A DNA stretch of 64,000 nucleotides. Origin: Eledone cirrhosa (taxonomy: Eukaryota). The DNA lies in NCBI GenBank assembly GCA_964016885.1, contig CAXHJY010000514.1, positions 197,954 to 261,953 of the forward strand, given 5' to 3'. Position 1 is the first letter of the stretch; each line of letters opens with the position of its first letter. Positions 27,961 to 40,450 of the stretch are shown here, one piece after another. A program made the position numbers and the translations under genes. The notes below the pieces were generated by a model. The model did no database searches, had not been told where the DNA came from, and saw only the letters and a program-made list of their open reading frames with translations.

Positions 27961-30900
27961 TCTCTTTGTTTCGTCCGCGGATGGCTAACATAACCCTATC
28001 TCCTCCCGCCCCCCACCACCCCCACCCTCCAAACGCAACCCAAAACTTCAGAGTTGGTACCATAAATGTAGGCACCCTAAAGGGTCGCGCTAACAAGGTT
28101 GTAGAAATGCTTGAACGTAAGGAGGTCGATGTTTGTTGTATTCAAGAGACCAGGTGGAGGGGTGGGTCTGCTAGATTCATTGAGGGTAAAAAACGATGTT
28201 ATAAGCTTTTCTGGGTGGGAAACGACGATGGGCTGGGTGAAGTAGGAATCATGGTAGCAGAAAAGTGGGCAGATAAGATAATAGACGTAAATAGAGTGAA
28301 CGACAGAATAGTTAAAATAAGACTTGTCCTCAATAGAACTACGGTGACAGTAATATCTGCGTACGCACCCCAATCCGGACTGCCCGGCACTATAAAAGAC
28401 AGATTCTATGAGACACTGTTGCTAACTACCTCCCAAATATCTGACAGTGACTATATAATTATTGCAGGCGACCTAAATGGTCACGTTGGACAACATTGTG
28501 ACGGCTACGACGAAATCCATGGAGGCTATGGGTTTGGTACTAGAAATGAGGAAGGCTCCAGAATCCTGGAATACTGTGATGCAAATAACCTAACTATCTG
28601 TAACACTAACTTCAAAAAACGTGACAATCACCTGATCACCTATAGATCCGGGGAACACACAAGCCAGGTAGATTATATCCTTACCAGAAGACGTGACAGA
28701 GTGTCTGTTGTAAACACTAAATCCCTCCCCCATGAAGAATGCACCTCCCAACATAGACTGATAATTAGCGACCTCATAGTCAGGACGAGACGTACTCGAC
28801 AGCAGAAGAGGACTATCCTCAGGAGGAAAATATGGAAACTAAAGGACCCCACAGCCAGAAATAAATTTCAAAGCATATTACTTGATGCTTTCGACAGTAA
28901 GGAAGAGCATCTAGAATCGGACAATATAGAGTGACAGTGGGAATTTCTGAAAGCAAACCTGCTGTTGGCGACAGACGAAGTCTGTGGCTGGAGCAGGCCT
29001 GTAGGCAGGAGGAGAGTAACATGGTGGTGGAACAGTAGGGTGGAGGGGTCAATTAAGGCCAAAAAGCAGGCTTGGAAAGTATGGCGGGATGGGGGAAGTA
29101 GAGTAGACTATCAAGTGGCCAGGAGGGAAGCTAGGAGAGAAGTGTACTTAGCAAGAAGGGAAGCTGAGGAAAGAAAGTTCAAGCATGTTCTACAACGCGA
29201 TGACCAAAAACGTGAGGTGTTCAGGATTGCCAGGCAATGCGTCAAGGAAAACCGTGATATTGTCGGGGAGAAGTGTGTACTTAACGATGATGGCATACTT
29301 GCCATCACCGACACTGATAAGAAGGTAGCTTGGAAGTGTCACTATGAAAGGCTACTAAATGAGGAGAATAAATGGGAGAAAGACAGTCTCCCCCATATCG
29401 ACCCGATAGAGGGACCAGCAGTGTTAGTCGAGGGGAGTATAATAAGTAAGGCAATCAAGGATATGAAGACTGGTAAGGCGGCTGGGCCTTCGGAAATAGT
29501 TGCTGAGATGCTGAAGGCATCTGGCACGGTGGGACACACCATGGTCACCCGCATAGTTAACCAAGTCGTACAGAATGGGGTTGTTCCGAAGGACTGGCAT
29601 AGCAGCATCATCGTTAACTGTTATAAGGGTAAAGGAGACGCCCTAGATAGGAGTAACTATAGAGGCATTAAATTAATCGACCAGGTCATGAAGGTCACGG
29701 AAAAAGTAATAGCGCAACTAATCAGAGAGAGAATTGATCTAGATGAAATGCAGTTCGGGTTTGTGTCAGGCAAAAGCACCACAGACGCTCTTTTCATAGT
29801 ACGACAACTACAGGAGAAGTACCTAGCTAAAGGTAAACCCCTCTACTTAGCTTTTGTCGACCTGGAGAAAGCCTTCGACAGAGTCCCCCGCTCCATTATC
29901 TGGTGGGCTCTTAGAAAACTAGGCGTTGACGAATGGCTTGTGAGGGCTATACAAGCCATGTATAAAGAAACAGTCAGCAAGGTTAGAATTAACAACGAAT
30001 ATAGTGAAGAGTTTTGCGTAAAAGTTGGCGTCCATCAGGGCTCTGTTCTCAGCCCCCTACTATTTATTATTGCCCTTCAGGCTATAACAGAGGAGTTCAA
30101 GACAGGCTGCCCATGGGAACTCCTATACGCAGACGACCTGACACTCATAGCGGAATCAATGGCCGAGCTAGAGAAGAAATTCCAAACATGGAAGCACGGC
30201 CTAGAGTCAAAAGGACTTAAAATTAACCTGGCTAAGACCAAAGTTCTAGTTTGTAGGAAAGAAAACAAGGCGGCGGTCCCTTCTGGGAAATGGTCGTGCT
30301 CGGTATGTAGGAAAGGCGTAGGTAGAAACTCCATCTTATGTCCTAAATGCAAAGTATGGGTGCATAAAAGATGTAGTGGGATCACAGGTAAGCTAACTAA
30401 GAACATAGACTTTACACGTGGCCGGTGTTCTGGTGCAATAAGTAGCAGCAAGTGCCCACAAATACTAGCTCTTTCAATTGCGCAGAGGGTTCTATAGAAA
30501 TAGTGGACAGCTTCCGTTACCTGGGCGATAAAATCAGCAGTGGGGGAGGGTGCTCTGAAAGTACTGTAGCTAGAGTCAGAACTGGTTGGAAAAAGTTCAG
30601 AGAGCTTATACCACTATTAGCTGCTAAAGGGTTCTCCCTAAAAATGAAAGGCAGGTTGTACGATGCCTGCATACGAACAGCAATGTTGCATGGTAGTGAG
30701 ACCTGGGCATTGTGTGCAGAGGATATACGCAGACTAGAGAGGAACGAAGCTTGCATGCTCCGCTGGATGTGTAACAGTAATATACGTGTACGGCAAAGCA
30801 TAAACGAACTAAGGAAAAAATTAGAGATAAGAGGGATCAGATGTTGTTTACTCGAGAGAAGGCTGCGTTGGTATGGACACGTGATGCGCATGAAAGTCGA

Positions 30901-31455
30901 TAGCTGTATTACAAAGTGCAGGGCAATAAAGATAGACGGTAGCCACGGAATAGGCAGACCTAGAAAATCATGGGATGAGCTGATAAACTCCGACCTCACA
31001 CACTTATACCTCTCCAAGACAATGTCACTGGACCGTGACCTTTGGCGGTACTCAGTAACAGAGAAGACCCGCCTTGCCAGTAGGCATCTCTAACAAAATA
31101 CACCCCGTCCCGCCACCACCCCCACCCCATCCACACCACCCCGTTCTATGTAAAGTTATGTTGGTGCCGCGCCATCCAGGCCGAAACAAATGAGATCGTG
31201 TAGGTGTCACGACAAAAAAACACACAGTCCACGCTGTAATGTGGCCGTGTAGGCAACACGGTAAAAACCTCCCAGACCCACACTGTAAATGTGGTTGGTG
31301 TTAGGAAGGGCATCCAACTGTAGAAAACCTGCCAGACAGTCCTATGCGAGCAAGACAATCACTCTTGCCTCAAGTGGGACTACCCCCGTCCAAACCCATG
31401 CAAGCGTGGAACACGGACGTTAAACGTTGATGATGATGATGATGATGATGATGAT
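27961..31455 (+). mobile_element. Near full-length RTE-clade LINE (single APE-RT ORF from ATG 27981 to 31093, one stop and one frameshift)
   Basis: [33 protein letters not shown]; YRGIKL, FVDLEKAFDRV, GVHQGSVLSP, LYADDL, FRYLG. TGA at 28932, frameshift ~30460, (GAT)n tail. Confidence 0.96.
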
Positions 31456-31491
31456 ATATATATATATATATATGTATATGTATATATATTT

Positions 31492-31542
31492 ATTGTTATA
31501 CTTTGGGAGGGTCATGTTGCCAATAACAAATTGAGAAACGAA
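31492..31542. repeat. Solo PLE terminus (tgttatactttgggagggtcatgttgccaata) in (TA)n
   Basis: Same terminus at 52243, 52803, 54364 and, inverted, ~57838. Confidence 0.7.
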
Positions 31543-31651
31543 ATATATATATATATATATATATGTACGTATATGTATATATATATATGTATATGTATAT
31601 ATTTATATGTATATGTATATATATGCGTATATGTATATATATATGTATATG

Positions 31652-31688
31652 CAGTGGCGTAGCTAGGGTAAATGGCGCCCAGGGCAAG
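31652..31688. mobile_element. Solo hAT-like TIR fragment
   Basis: cagtggcgtagctaggg...ggcgccc. No partner end seen. Confidence 0.4.
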
Positions 31689-31700
31689 TATATGTAGATA

Positions 31701-31782
<82 letters not shown>

Positions 31783-32085
31783 TATATATTTGTATATGTA
31801 TATATATATATATATATGTATGTATATATATATATATATATATGTGTGTTTATATATATATATATGTATGTGCGTTTATATATATATATATATATATATG
31901 TGTATATATATATATGTGTGTGTTTATATATATATATGTGTATATATATATGTGTGTGTTTATATACATATATATATATATATATGCGTATATAAATATA
32001 TCATCATCATCATCATTTCACGTCCGCTTTTCCCTGCTTGCATTGGTGGGATATATATATATGTGTGCGTATATAAATATATATA

Positions 32086-32845
32086 TGGAGGCACATGGCT
32101 TAGTGGTTAGAGCATTGGCCTTGCAATCTAAAGATTGTGAGTTCAATTCTCAGGTGAGTTCAATTCTCAGGTGATTTGTTGTGTCCTTGAGCAAGAAACT
32201 TTATTTCACATTGCTCCAGTTTACTCAGTTGTTTACTCGAGAGAAGACTACGTTGGTATGGTCACGTGATGCGCATGAAAGACGACAGCTGTATAAAAAA
32301 AGTGCAGGGCGATAAAAATAGACGGTAGCCACGTGTAGGCAGACCCAGAAAAACCTGGGACGACTTGATAAATTCCGACCTCACGCACTTACCACTCTCC
32401 AAGACAATGTCACTGGACCGAGATCTTTGGCGCTACACAGTAATACAGAAGACACGCTTTGCCTAAGGACAAACCGAAACCTACAGTCAGTAGGCATCGC
32501 TAACAAAAATACACCTCTGTCCCACTACCCCCACCCCATCCAAACCACCCCCTTCAATGTGAAGTTATGTTGGTACCACAACATCCAGTCCGAAACAAAT
32601 CAGGTCGTGTAGGTGTCACGACAAAAAACACACAGTCCACGCTGTAATGTGGCCGTGTAGGTAACACGGTAAAAACCTCCCAGTCCACACTGTAAACGCG
32701 GTTGGTGTTAGGAAGGGCATCCAGTCGTAGAAAACCCGCCAGACAGTCCTATACGAGCAGGAAAACCAATCTTTCCTCAAGTGGGAAAACTCCCGTCCAA
32801 ACCCATGAAAGCGTGGAAGATGGACGTTAAACGATGATGATGATG
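32086..32845 (+). mobile_element. SINE B head (32086-32229) joined to an RTE 3' end (32230-32845)
   Basis: tggcttagtggttagagc..ttgcaat..gagttcaattc, then core, then [14 protein letters not shown] coding region, 3' UTR and (GAT)n. Confidence 0.85.
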
Positions 32846-32878
<33 letters not shown>

Positions 32879-32949
32879 CTTATATATATATATATGTGTG
32901 TGTGTGCGTATATATGTATTTACTCTTTTACTCTCTGGATGTGTGCAAG

Positions 32950-34026
32950 TGGTGAGATGGAGAGGTGCCCCCGCATGACTAATCGCAGGCAAACATTGTA
33001 GTTATAAGCTTTTCTGCGTGGGTAATGATGATGGGTTAGGTGGGGTGGGCACATTACTGGCTGAGAGATTGATCAATATGACAATAGAGGTAGTTAGAGT
33101 TAGCAATAGAATAAATAAGCTTAGATTAGTTGAAGACTACACACTACTGACACTCATCTGTGCCTATGCTCCCCAGGCAGGCCTGGGTAAAGAAGAGACA
33201 GACTGCTTTAATGAGCAACTTTTACAAACAGTCTCAATGACAGAGGACAGAGACATCGTTATGCTAACGGATATGTTGGACTGCTCCAGTATGGATACAC
33301 TGGAGTACATGGAAGGCACAGTTACGGCTCAAGAAATGAAGGAGTGAGGCTTCTTGAATTTTGGGATGCAAATGCACTAACCATTTACAACACTAACACT
33401 CAGAAGCCTACCAACCATCTAATAACCTACAAATCAGGCGAGCACATAATCTAGATTGACTTCCTGCTAGTTAGACACCGAGACAGACAGATGGTGTCTA
33501 ATACTAAGGCATGCCCCGGGGAAGAATTGTACCCCGCACCATAGGTTATTCGTTAGTGACATCACAGTATGCAAGGGAAAGAATGAGACATACAGGAAGA
33601 TGCGGAAAAGAAAGGTCTGGAAGCTAAAATACCTTTCATTAAAATATAAATTTAGCAAAGCCCTTCAAGATGTGTATGACGAAAAGGAAGACGATTTAGA
33701 ATTGTATGACATAGATGATAACTGGAATTTGCGTGACAACTTACTGCAGGCTACTGAAGAAACTTACGGTTGGGGCAGAAATTCAACCAGACAGAGAGTG
33801 ACTCGGTGGTGGAACAGCACGGGAGATAGGGCCATTAGAGACGAAATACTGGCATGGAAGGCTTGGAAAATCGGTGGGAGTAGAGAAGGATGCACAGTCA
33901 CTAAGAGAGAAGCTAGACGTCAGGTGTACTTAGCACGCAGGGAGGCTGAGAGTAGGAGGTTTGCCAATGTTCTGCGATGGGAAGAACAGAGACGTGCGGC
34001 ATTCCGCATTGCAAGGTAGTGTGTCA
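32950..34026 (+). pseudogene. Decayed RTE 5' fragment (endonuclease region)
   Basis: YKLFCVGNDDGLGGVG, AYAPQ, RVTRWWN, REARRQVYLARREAE. Confidence 0.85.
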
Positions 34027-34329
34027 GTACACATACTCACACACATAACATTTTTATAGTCACTCTTTTTATTATAACCTGAGATGGATGATAATTGTTT
34101 CTAGTAAGTGGGGTACGCAATTCTATGACTAGATGCTCTTTTATGTGGTACACATATTGGTACTTAGTGGAAAAGTTATATGTGCCCAATGCAATGACAA
34201 AAAAAGTTATATTTATTTTAAGAAAGCATATCATCTAATCTTATTTTCAAGTTTCAAACTACAGTGGAAGATGTCTAGAAGAATTTCTCAAATCATTGTA
34301 ATAGATTTAACAATAACATAATGACAGCA

Positions 34330-34975
34330 CAACTACTGCAATTGGTGGAAAGAGAAGCAGGAAAAGTAGGATTGCACTTCCGTTTTCTTTGTTTTTAGGT
34401 ATGGTGTTCCATTGTAGTCCACTTGCCGTAACATCTAAAACAAGAGTTAATATCAAGGAAGTGGACAACTTCAAATATCTCAGTGCTTGAACATTAAGCC
34501 ATGAAACAGATTTTCAGAAGAGAAAGGTGCTTGCTTGGTCTGTGTGCCAGAAGTTGAAGAGGATATGGACATCACGGATGAGCAGAAAGCTTAAAAAAAA
34601 ACATTTTTATTGCAACAGTGGAGTCTGTTCTCCTTTATGAATAAGGGCATGGAGCATAACAAAACAACTAGAAAAGAGAATTGATTGCTTCTATACAAGA
34701 ATATTGCATATGCCACTTAATGTGTCATGGAAACAGAAAAATTCATCACCATCTTCCACCAGTAACAGAAAAAGAAAATGCAGGGAAGAATGAAAATTGC
34801 TTGTCATGATGAGGAGATATCTAGTGATCTTGTTCAATGGCAAACATCAGATGGTTACACAAAAAGGGGTAGAAGGAAATAAATTATATTGATAACCTGC
34901 TGGAAGACACTGGAGTAGATCGTGTAGGAGAGTTCAGAATGCAGATAATTGATAGAAAACTTTGGAATGCTTATG
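34330..34975 (+). pseudogene. Decayed 3' part of a different RTE-like LINE
   Basis: EVDNFKYL, RKVLAWSVCQKLKRIWTS, IATVESVLLY in broken frames. Confidence 0.65.
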
Positions 34976-35689
34976 TAAAAGCATATTGCAATTGGCATAG
35001 ATAGACAGATAGATTCTATTGTATATCCTTCAATATTAAAAACCTGCTGGGTGTTACTGGATTAGTGTAAGAAAGCTCTGAATGCAGATGGTGGATAGAA
35101 AACTTTAGAATGCATATGTAAAGTTATATGGCAGTTGTCATAGATATATAGATAGTCTATAATAGTTCCTTCAATATTAAATATACCTTGTTTGAATACA
35201 GAAATATATTTAAAAGAGAAAAGAAAACTAGGCATTGTCTGAATACATGTAGTAAGTATAACTAGAGAAAGACAAGACAACGGAGCATCAGTAGAATATG
35301 TTCAATGATGATTAAATTAAAACAGTTCAAAGCAGATAAATTTTCAGTAAAACAAGTATAATTTTATAACAGTAATAAATTGAATGAAGTTGATTTTAGA
35401 ATTCAAAGCAATAAATTAGAGATTTTTGTTTCTGCAGATCATCGTGACCTCTAAATGTCAACCTATGAACACCTGAGGGCAATGTAGATATCATTAATGT
35501 AGTATTTAAATGAGTTGTGCTTACTGTTTCTTATTAAAAGAATGTGCATCTCAATATATGTTAATAACTCTGTTATGAAGTGAGCTGTTTTTCTTTTGCT
35601 CTAGGTCAGTTCTGATTGAGGAACAGATCTATAATTAAAGACCTTTCAGCTGTGATTTTTCTGTCTTTTTAAGTTTATGTCGAGGTAGC

Positions 35690-35940
35690 AAATATTTTGG
35701 ATAACATTAAGATGGCGAATTTTGGGAATTACACTGTGGTGGAAAAAATATTACGATTACATTAAGGAGGAAAAGTTTTCAGATTACATTCAAGTGTCAC
35801 ATTTTTAGGATTACATTGAGGGGCAAATTTTTAGGATTATATTGAGGTGGCAAGTTTTTGGGGTTACATAGAGGGAGCAAATATTTCAGATCACATAAAG
35901 TGGAAAAGTTTTTAGATTAAATTGAAGTGGCAAATTTTCA
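35690..35940. repeat. Degenerate ~29-30-bp minisatellite (gattacattgaggtggcaaatttttag), about 8 units
   Basis: Periodic gattacatt motif. Confidence 0.8.
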
Positions 35941-37052
35941 GTAATTAGCATATTGAATTAAATGTAATGTAGCATTGTTTTGGCTCACTGTGCTCTCAGT
36001 TCAAGTCCTACCAAGGTTATTGTTGCCTTTTACTTTTTTAAGACTGATAAATGAAGTACCAGGCTAGTGTGATAGATTGACAGAATTCTAAGAGCATTGA
36101 AAAAGATGCTTTGTGGTATTTGATTTGGCCTGTGACAGCTCTGAGGAAAAGATGTATTGATCATTGCCTTCCCTGACACAAAATCAGTGTCCTGGCTCAG
36201 GAAATCTTGTGTGCATAGATAGCGGCTAGTCTTCTAAATAAATATGTATTCTTGCTGCTACCTTGAGGGAAGGACTCGCTCAGCATAGATCTACAGTCTA
36301 ATGAAACAAAGGTGGCCCTATTATTTAGTATTTCATTCCCTCTTTTAAGACAGTGTGGTGGGAGAGGATTTGAGAGAAATGTGGCTGTGATTTCTAGTAG
36401 GTCACTTGTCTCACTAGATGCTCCCCTATGGGCTCATGATGAAATCATTAGAAATTGATGACACCTTAATTTAACAAAAGCATATTTGCATGAATCCACA
36501 CCAACTACAAAGTTTCATAGTGAAGTTGGTGATGCAAGAGAGATTTGAACTCAGAACCTTAACAGACAAAACTTCCATAGCAAACTGCACTTCCATAGCA
36601 GCATTTAATATTGAACTCTACGTTTTCTTTATCATCTGCCACTAATATAACATTCGCTATAATAGTGATCTTGGTAATAATGGTAATGGCTTGTAATGGT
36701 AATTCTACTAATACAATGTAATAACTGATTAAGTTAAGTTAATTAGAGACTAGTAATGAGGCAATACGAATTGATATAATAGTTTTAAATAAGAGGAAAC
36801 AAATGTGTCTTTTCCTTTTGTAATGTTGCTTCCATTTATCCATATACATATATAAGCTTATATGTATATATACATAGACATATATATATAAATATTACTA
36901 CTTCTATATATATATATATATTTACATTTAGGTTTGTGGTTCACCAAGTCTTCAAAGCGGCCGACCGAACTAGAAACTGTTAAATGTGTGGCCGCCTTCT
37001 TGTCTCTCTGCCTTTTCAGACACATGAATTATATTCCTTTGTTAAATTTCGA

Positions 37053-37110
37053 ATACCTGATGATGTCACCGGATTCATACTGAACCCGGTCGTTGAACTG
37101 TACATAGTAT
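37053..37110 (+). ncRNA. Degenerate HHR motif
   Basis: atac-CTGATGA-..accggattca/tgaacccggt..-GAAC-tgtacATA-gtat. Confidence 0.45.
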
Positions 37111-37171
37111 AATAAACCTTTAAGGAATTACACCAGTCCAGCCTCCTGTATATATATATTATATATATATA

Positions 37172-37564
37172 ATCATCATCATAATCAGCACCATTTTACG
37201 TCCGTTTTTCCATGGTAGCATGGGTTAGACGGATTGTCCTGTTGTGGGCAGTGTCCGGTCGGCTGACCTTGACATGCTCATACGGTAACTGATTCTGGAT
37301 CGATTTCTACAGCTGGATGCCCTTCCTAAAACCAACCTCATTTACAGTGAGTGCCGGGGGCTTTTTTTCCGTTGCGCCTACACGTCCACTTTACAGTGGA
37401 ATGATAGGGAGCCCAATCCTATCATCTCATTTCTACAGCTGAGTAAACTGGAGCAATGTGAAATAAAGTGTCTTGCTCAAGGAAACAACACATCACCCGG
37501 TCCGAGACTTGAACCCACAACGTTTCGATTGCAAGCCCAATGCTCTAACCACTAAGCAATGCAC
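37172..37564 (-). mobile_element. Complete SINE B: tRNA-like head, core and RTE-derived tail
   Basis: Head with GCA anticodon-like loop, ccttgagcaagacactttatttcac core, aggaagggcatccagctgtag...(gat)n tail. Confidence 0.8.
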
Positions 37565-37565
37565 G

Positions 37566-37634
<69 letters not shown>

Positions 37635-37640
37635 CATATA

Positions 37641-38430
37641 CGGATAAAATGAAACGAAATTTCATTTCTCACTCTTGGTACGGCTGTTACTTAAATATAA
37701 GTATGTATACGAACATACATATATGTATACAGACGTACAGTAGTATGTATATATATATATACATACATGCACATATATATATATATGTACGTATGGATTC
37801 ACCGAACATTTATTATAATGCTCGGTGTGTTTGTAAACAAACATCCCGAATTAAGCCGTACAGTGTCTAGCAAACATCGTTTCTCATTTGTTGAACACTG
37901 ACAAAGGAACGCTGTACTAGTTTCAAGCGTATTAGCTATCGTCAGCAACGTATACCTTCCTGCCAGATGATTGAACGTCTGAATGTATATACTTTCCTTA
38001 TGCATATTAACGGCTGAGCAGCCTAATTTGCATATCGAGTGAGTTAACCGGCCGGGACCACCGAAAACGATAAATGGAAAAAATGAAACGAAGTTCAATC
38101 ATCTGGCAGGAAGGTATACGTTGCTGACGATAGCTAATAAGCTTGAAACTAGTACAGCGTTCCTTTGTCAGCGTTGAACAAATGAGCAACGATGGTTGCT
38201 AGACAATGTACGGCTTAAATCGGGATGTTTGTTTACAAACACAACGATTGTTATAATAAATGTTCGGTGAATCCATACGTACATATATATATGTGTGCAT
38301 GTATGTATATATATATATATACATACCACTGTACGTCTGTATACATATATGTATGTACGTATACATACTTATATTTAAGTAACAGCCGTACTAAGAGTGA
38401 GAAATGTAATTTCGTTTCATTTTTTCCGTT
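37641..38430. mobile_element. HHR/octamer repeat family, fold-back dimer
   Basis: HHR on minus at 37910-37950 and on plus at 38119-38159 (cgttg-CTGACGA-tagctaataagctt-GAAACtaGTA-cagcg). ATTTGCAT at 38026. Confidence 0.85.
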
Positions 38431-38432
38431 TA

Positions 38433-38615
38433 CGGATGGCTTCCAAAAATAATGGTTGCATTTTAATAGGGTACGTCAAAGCTTATTTGTAAAACTGTTA
38501 TATATTGTATTTTGTCTGATGAAGGCATACCATAATTTAATTTGGTATCCCTTAAATATGTATAATGAAATAAATATGGTTTTATAAATATAGTTTCCAT
38601 TTATTAATATCGTAT
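38433..38615 (+). repeat. Dispersed repeat with HHR-like core; inverted copy at ~63769-63950
   Basis: CTGATGAaggcatacca...tggtatcctt(G)AAAtatgta in both copies. Confidence 0.7.
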
Positions 38616-38624
38616 ATATATATA

Positions 38625-39137
38625 ATATTAGGGATACTATTTATGGTTATGTATATATTAAAACGTTTTATAGTTATGTATATTTTAAACCCTAAACAGT
38701 GAAGGTCAGTAATTTATTACTACCGTGTTACCAGTAAGATAAATAGCTCAATGTAATAAAAGCAGTTGTTCTACAGAGCAGTTATATAGAATTCAACAAG
38801 AATAAAAGCTATGTTCAAAGCATTTATTTATTCACAATCAAAATCACAATCAAAATCAAAATCAAAATTTAAAACAAATCAAAATTAAAATACATTCGGC
38901 AGATAACACAGATAATGCAAGAGGATAGTTTGATAGTCAGGTCTAGTAGGTAGTGTATGCGTTAGTTACACGTGGAACATGCAAGTGTGTCTCATTTGTA
39001 TACTATTATTGTGTGGCAGGGTGTTACACGTAATGCAAGTGGGTAAGGAGGTTAATTATGTGTACAAACATTGAAAAATGCTCCGAAGACTCCAAGCCTA
39101 GGTTTGGATGAAACAATTGTAAGTGAATAAATGCTTT
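38625..39137 (+). mobile_element. PLE-terminus-like repeat with CCGAAGA HHR; related copy at 48097-48360
   Basis: 38625-38790 matches 48097-48270. HHR at 39078-39126 (+) and 48306-48354 (-). Confidence 0.7.
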
Positions 39138-39171
39138 GTACATAGCTTTGATTCTTGGTAATTCTCTCTCT

Positions 39172-39263
39172 CTATATATATATTATATATATATATATAT
39201 TTGTATATTATTTATATATATATTATATATATATTTATATATATTATATATATATATATATAT

Positions 39264-39295
<32 letters not shown>

Positions 39296-39303
39296 ATATA
39301 TAT

Positions 39304-39336
<33 letters not shown>

Positions 39337-39391
39337 GTATATATATATATATATATAATATATATAAATATATATATAATATATATATATT

Positions 39392-39424
<33 letters not shown>

Positions 39425-39451
39425 TAAATATATATATAATATATATATATT

Positions 39452-39506
<55 letters not shown>

Positions 39507-39690
39507 ATTATATATATTATATATATATATATATATTATATAATTTATATATATATTATATATATTATATATATATATATATTATATAATTTATATATAT
39601 ATATATATATTATATAATTTATATATATATATAATATATTATATATATTATATATATATATATATATATTATATATATTATATATATATG
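39172..39690. repeat. (TA)n-rich tract
   Basis: Direct inspection. Confidence 0.95.
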
Positions 39691-40203
39691 TGTTTTAAAA
39701 CCTTATTTATACCAATCTTAAATTCAAAATCTCCGTTTATCTCTATGATTTTAAATTACTATTTTCATGTTTTTAATATATCTCAATCTGTTGGAAGGAC
39801 CTTTTCCTAAAAACTAAACTTCCCCTTCTAGTATTGTTATTAACTAATTATTCTAGAACCTTCTTGCATCTCGCTCGCAACCTTTGTAAACACTTTGCTC
39901 TTCTTTCACCCCCCCCCCCTCCCCGCCTGATCGCCTGATCGCAAGTATAAAATAATTATTGCTGGCTTCCAACGACAGAATTTATATTTCTAATCTATTT
40001 TAAAAACGATCTGTCGATTTTGAGAATGTAAGCAAAACCTGTCTTCTCTTCATTTGCGTAGTCTTCTCATTTAAGCAGTGTTTTAAAATCTTATTTATAC
40101 CACTCTAAAATTCAAATTCTCCATTTATCTCTCTGATTTTAAATTACTATTTTCATGTTTTTAATATGTCTCAATCTGTTGGACCTTTCCTAAACACTAA
40201 ACT
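39690..40203. repeat. ~125-bp direct repeat with ~388-bp period
   Basis: gtgttttaaaa.cttatttatacca...cctaaa.actaaact at 39690 and 40078. Confidence 0.8.
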
Positions 40204-40450
40204 ACTCCTAAAGTCACCCATTTCCCGCTCTTCCACCCCCATTGCTATATGGTCCAATCATAACTCAGCGGCTTTAGTAAGTTCTCTAACAAATCACTAT
40301 AGCAAAGTTATCACCCCGGTTACTACTCCTTAAGTTTAGACCTGTTTGATGGGTCGACTTCGGATATTTGAAAAGTCTAAGCACTCAATGACAATGTCAC
40401 AGATAAAGATATATTCACCTCCCGCTGCAAGACGAGAATACAAGGACCCC

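Noticed and set aside
32086-32170. tRNA-Cys gene
   Set aside because: No complete acceptor stem, and it continues into a SINE core.
35690-35940. CRISPR-like periodic array
   Set aside because: Eukaryotic context; degenerate tandem units without unique spacers.
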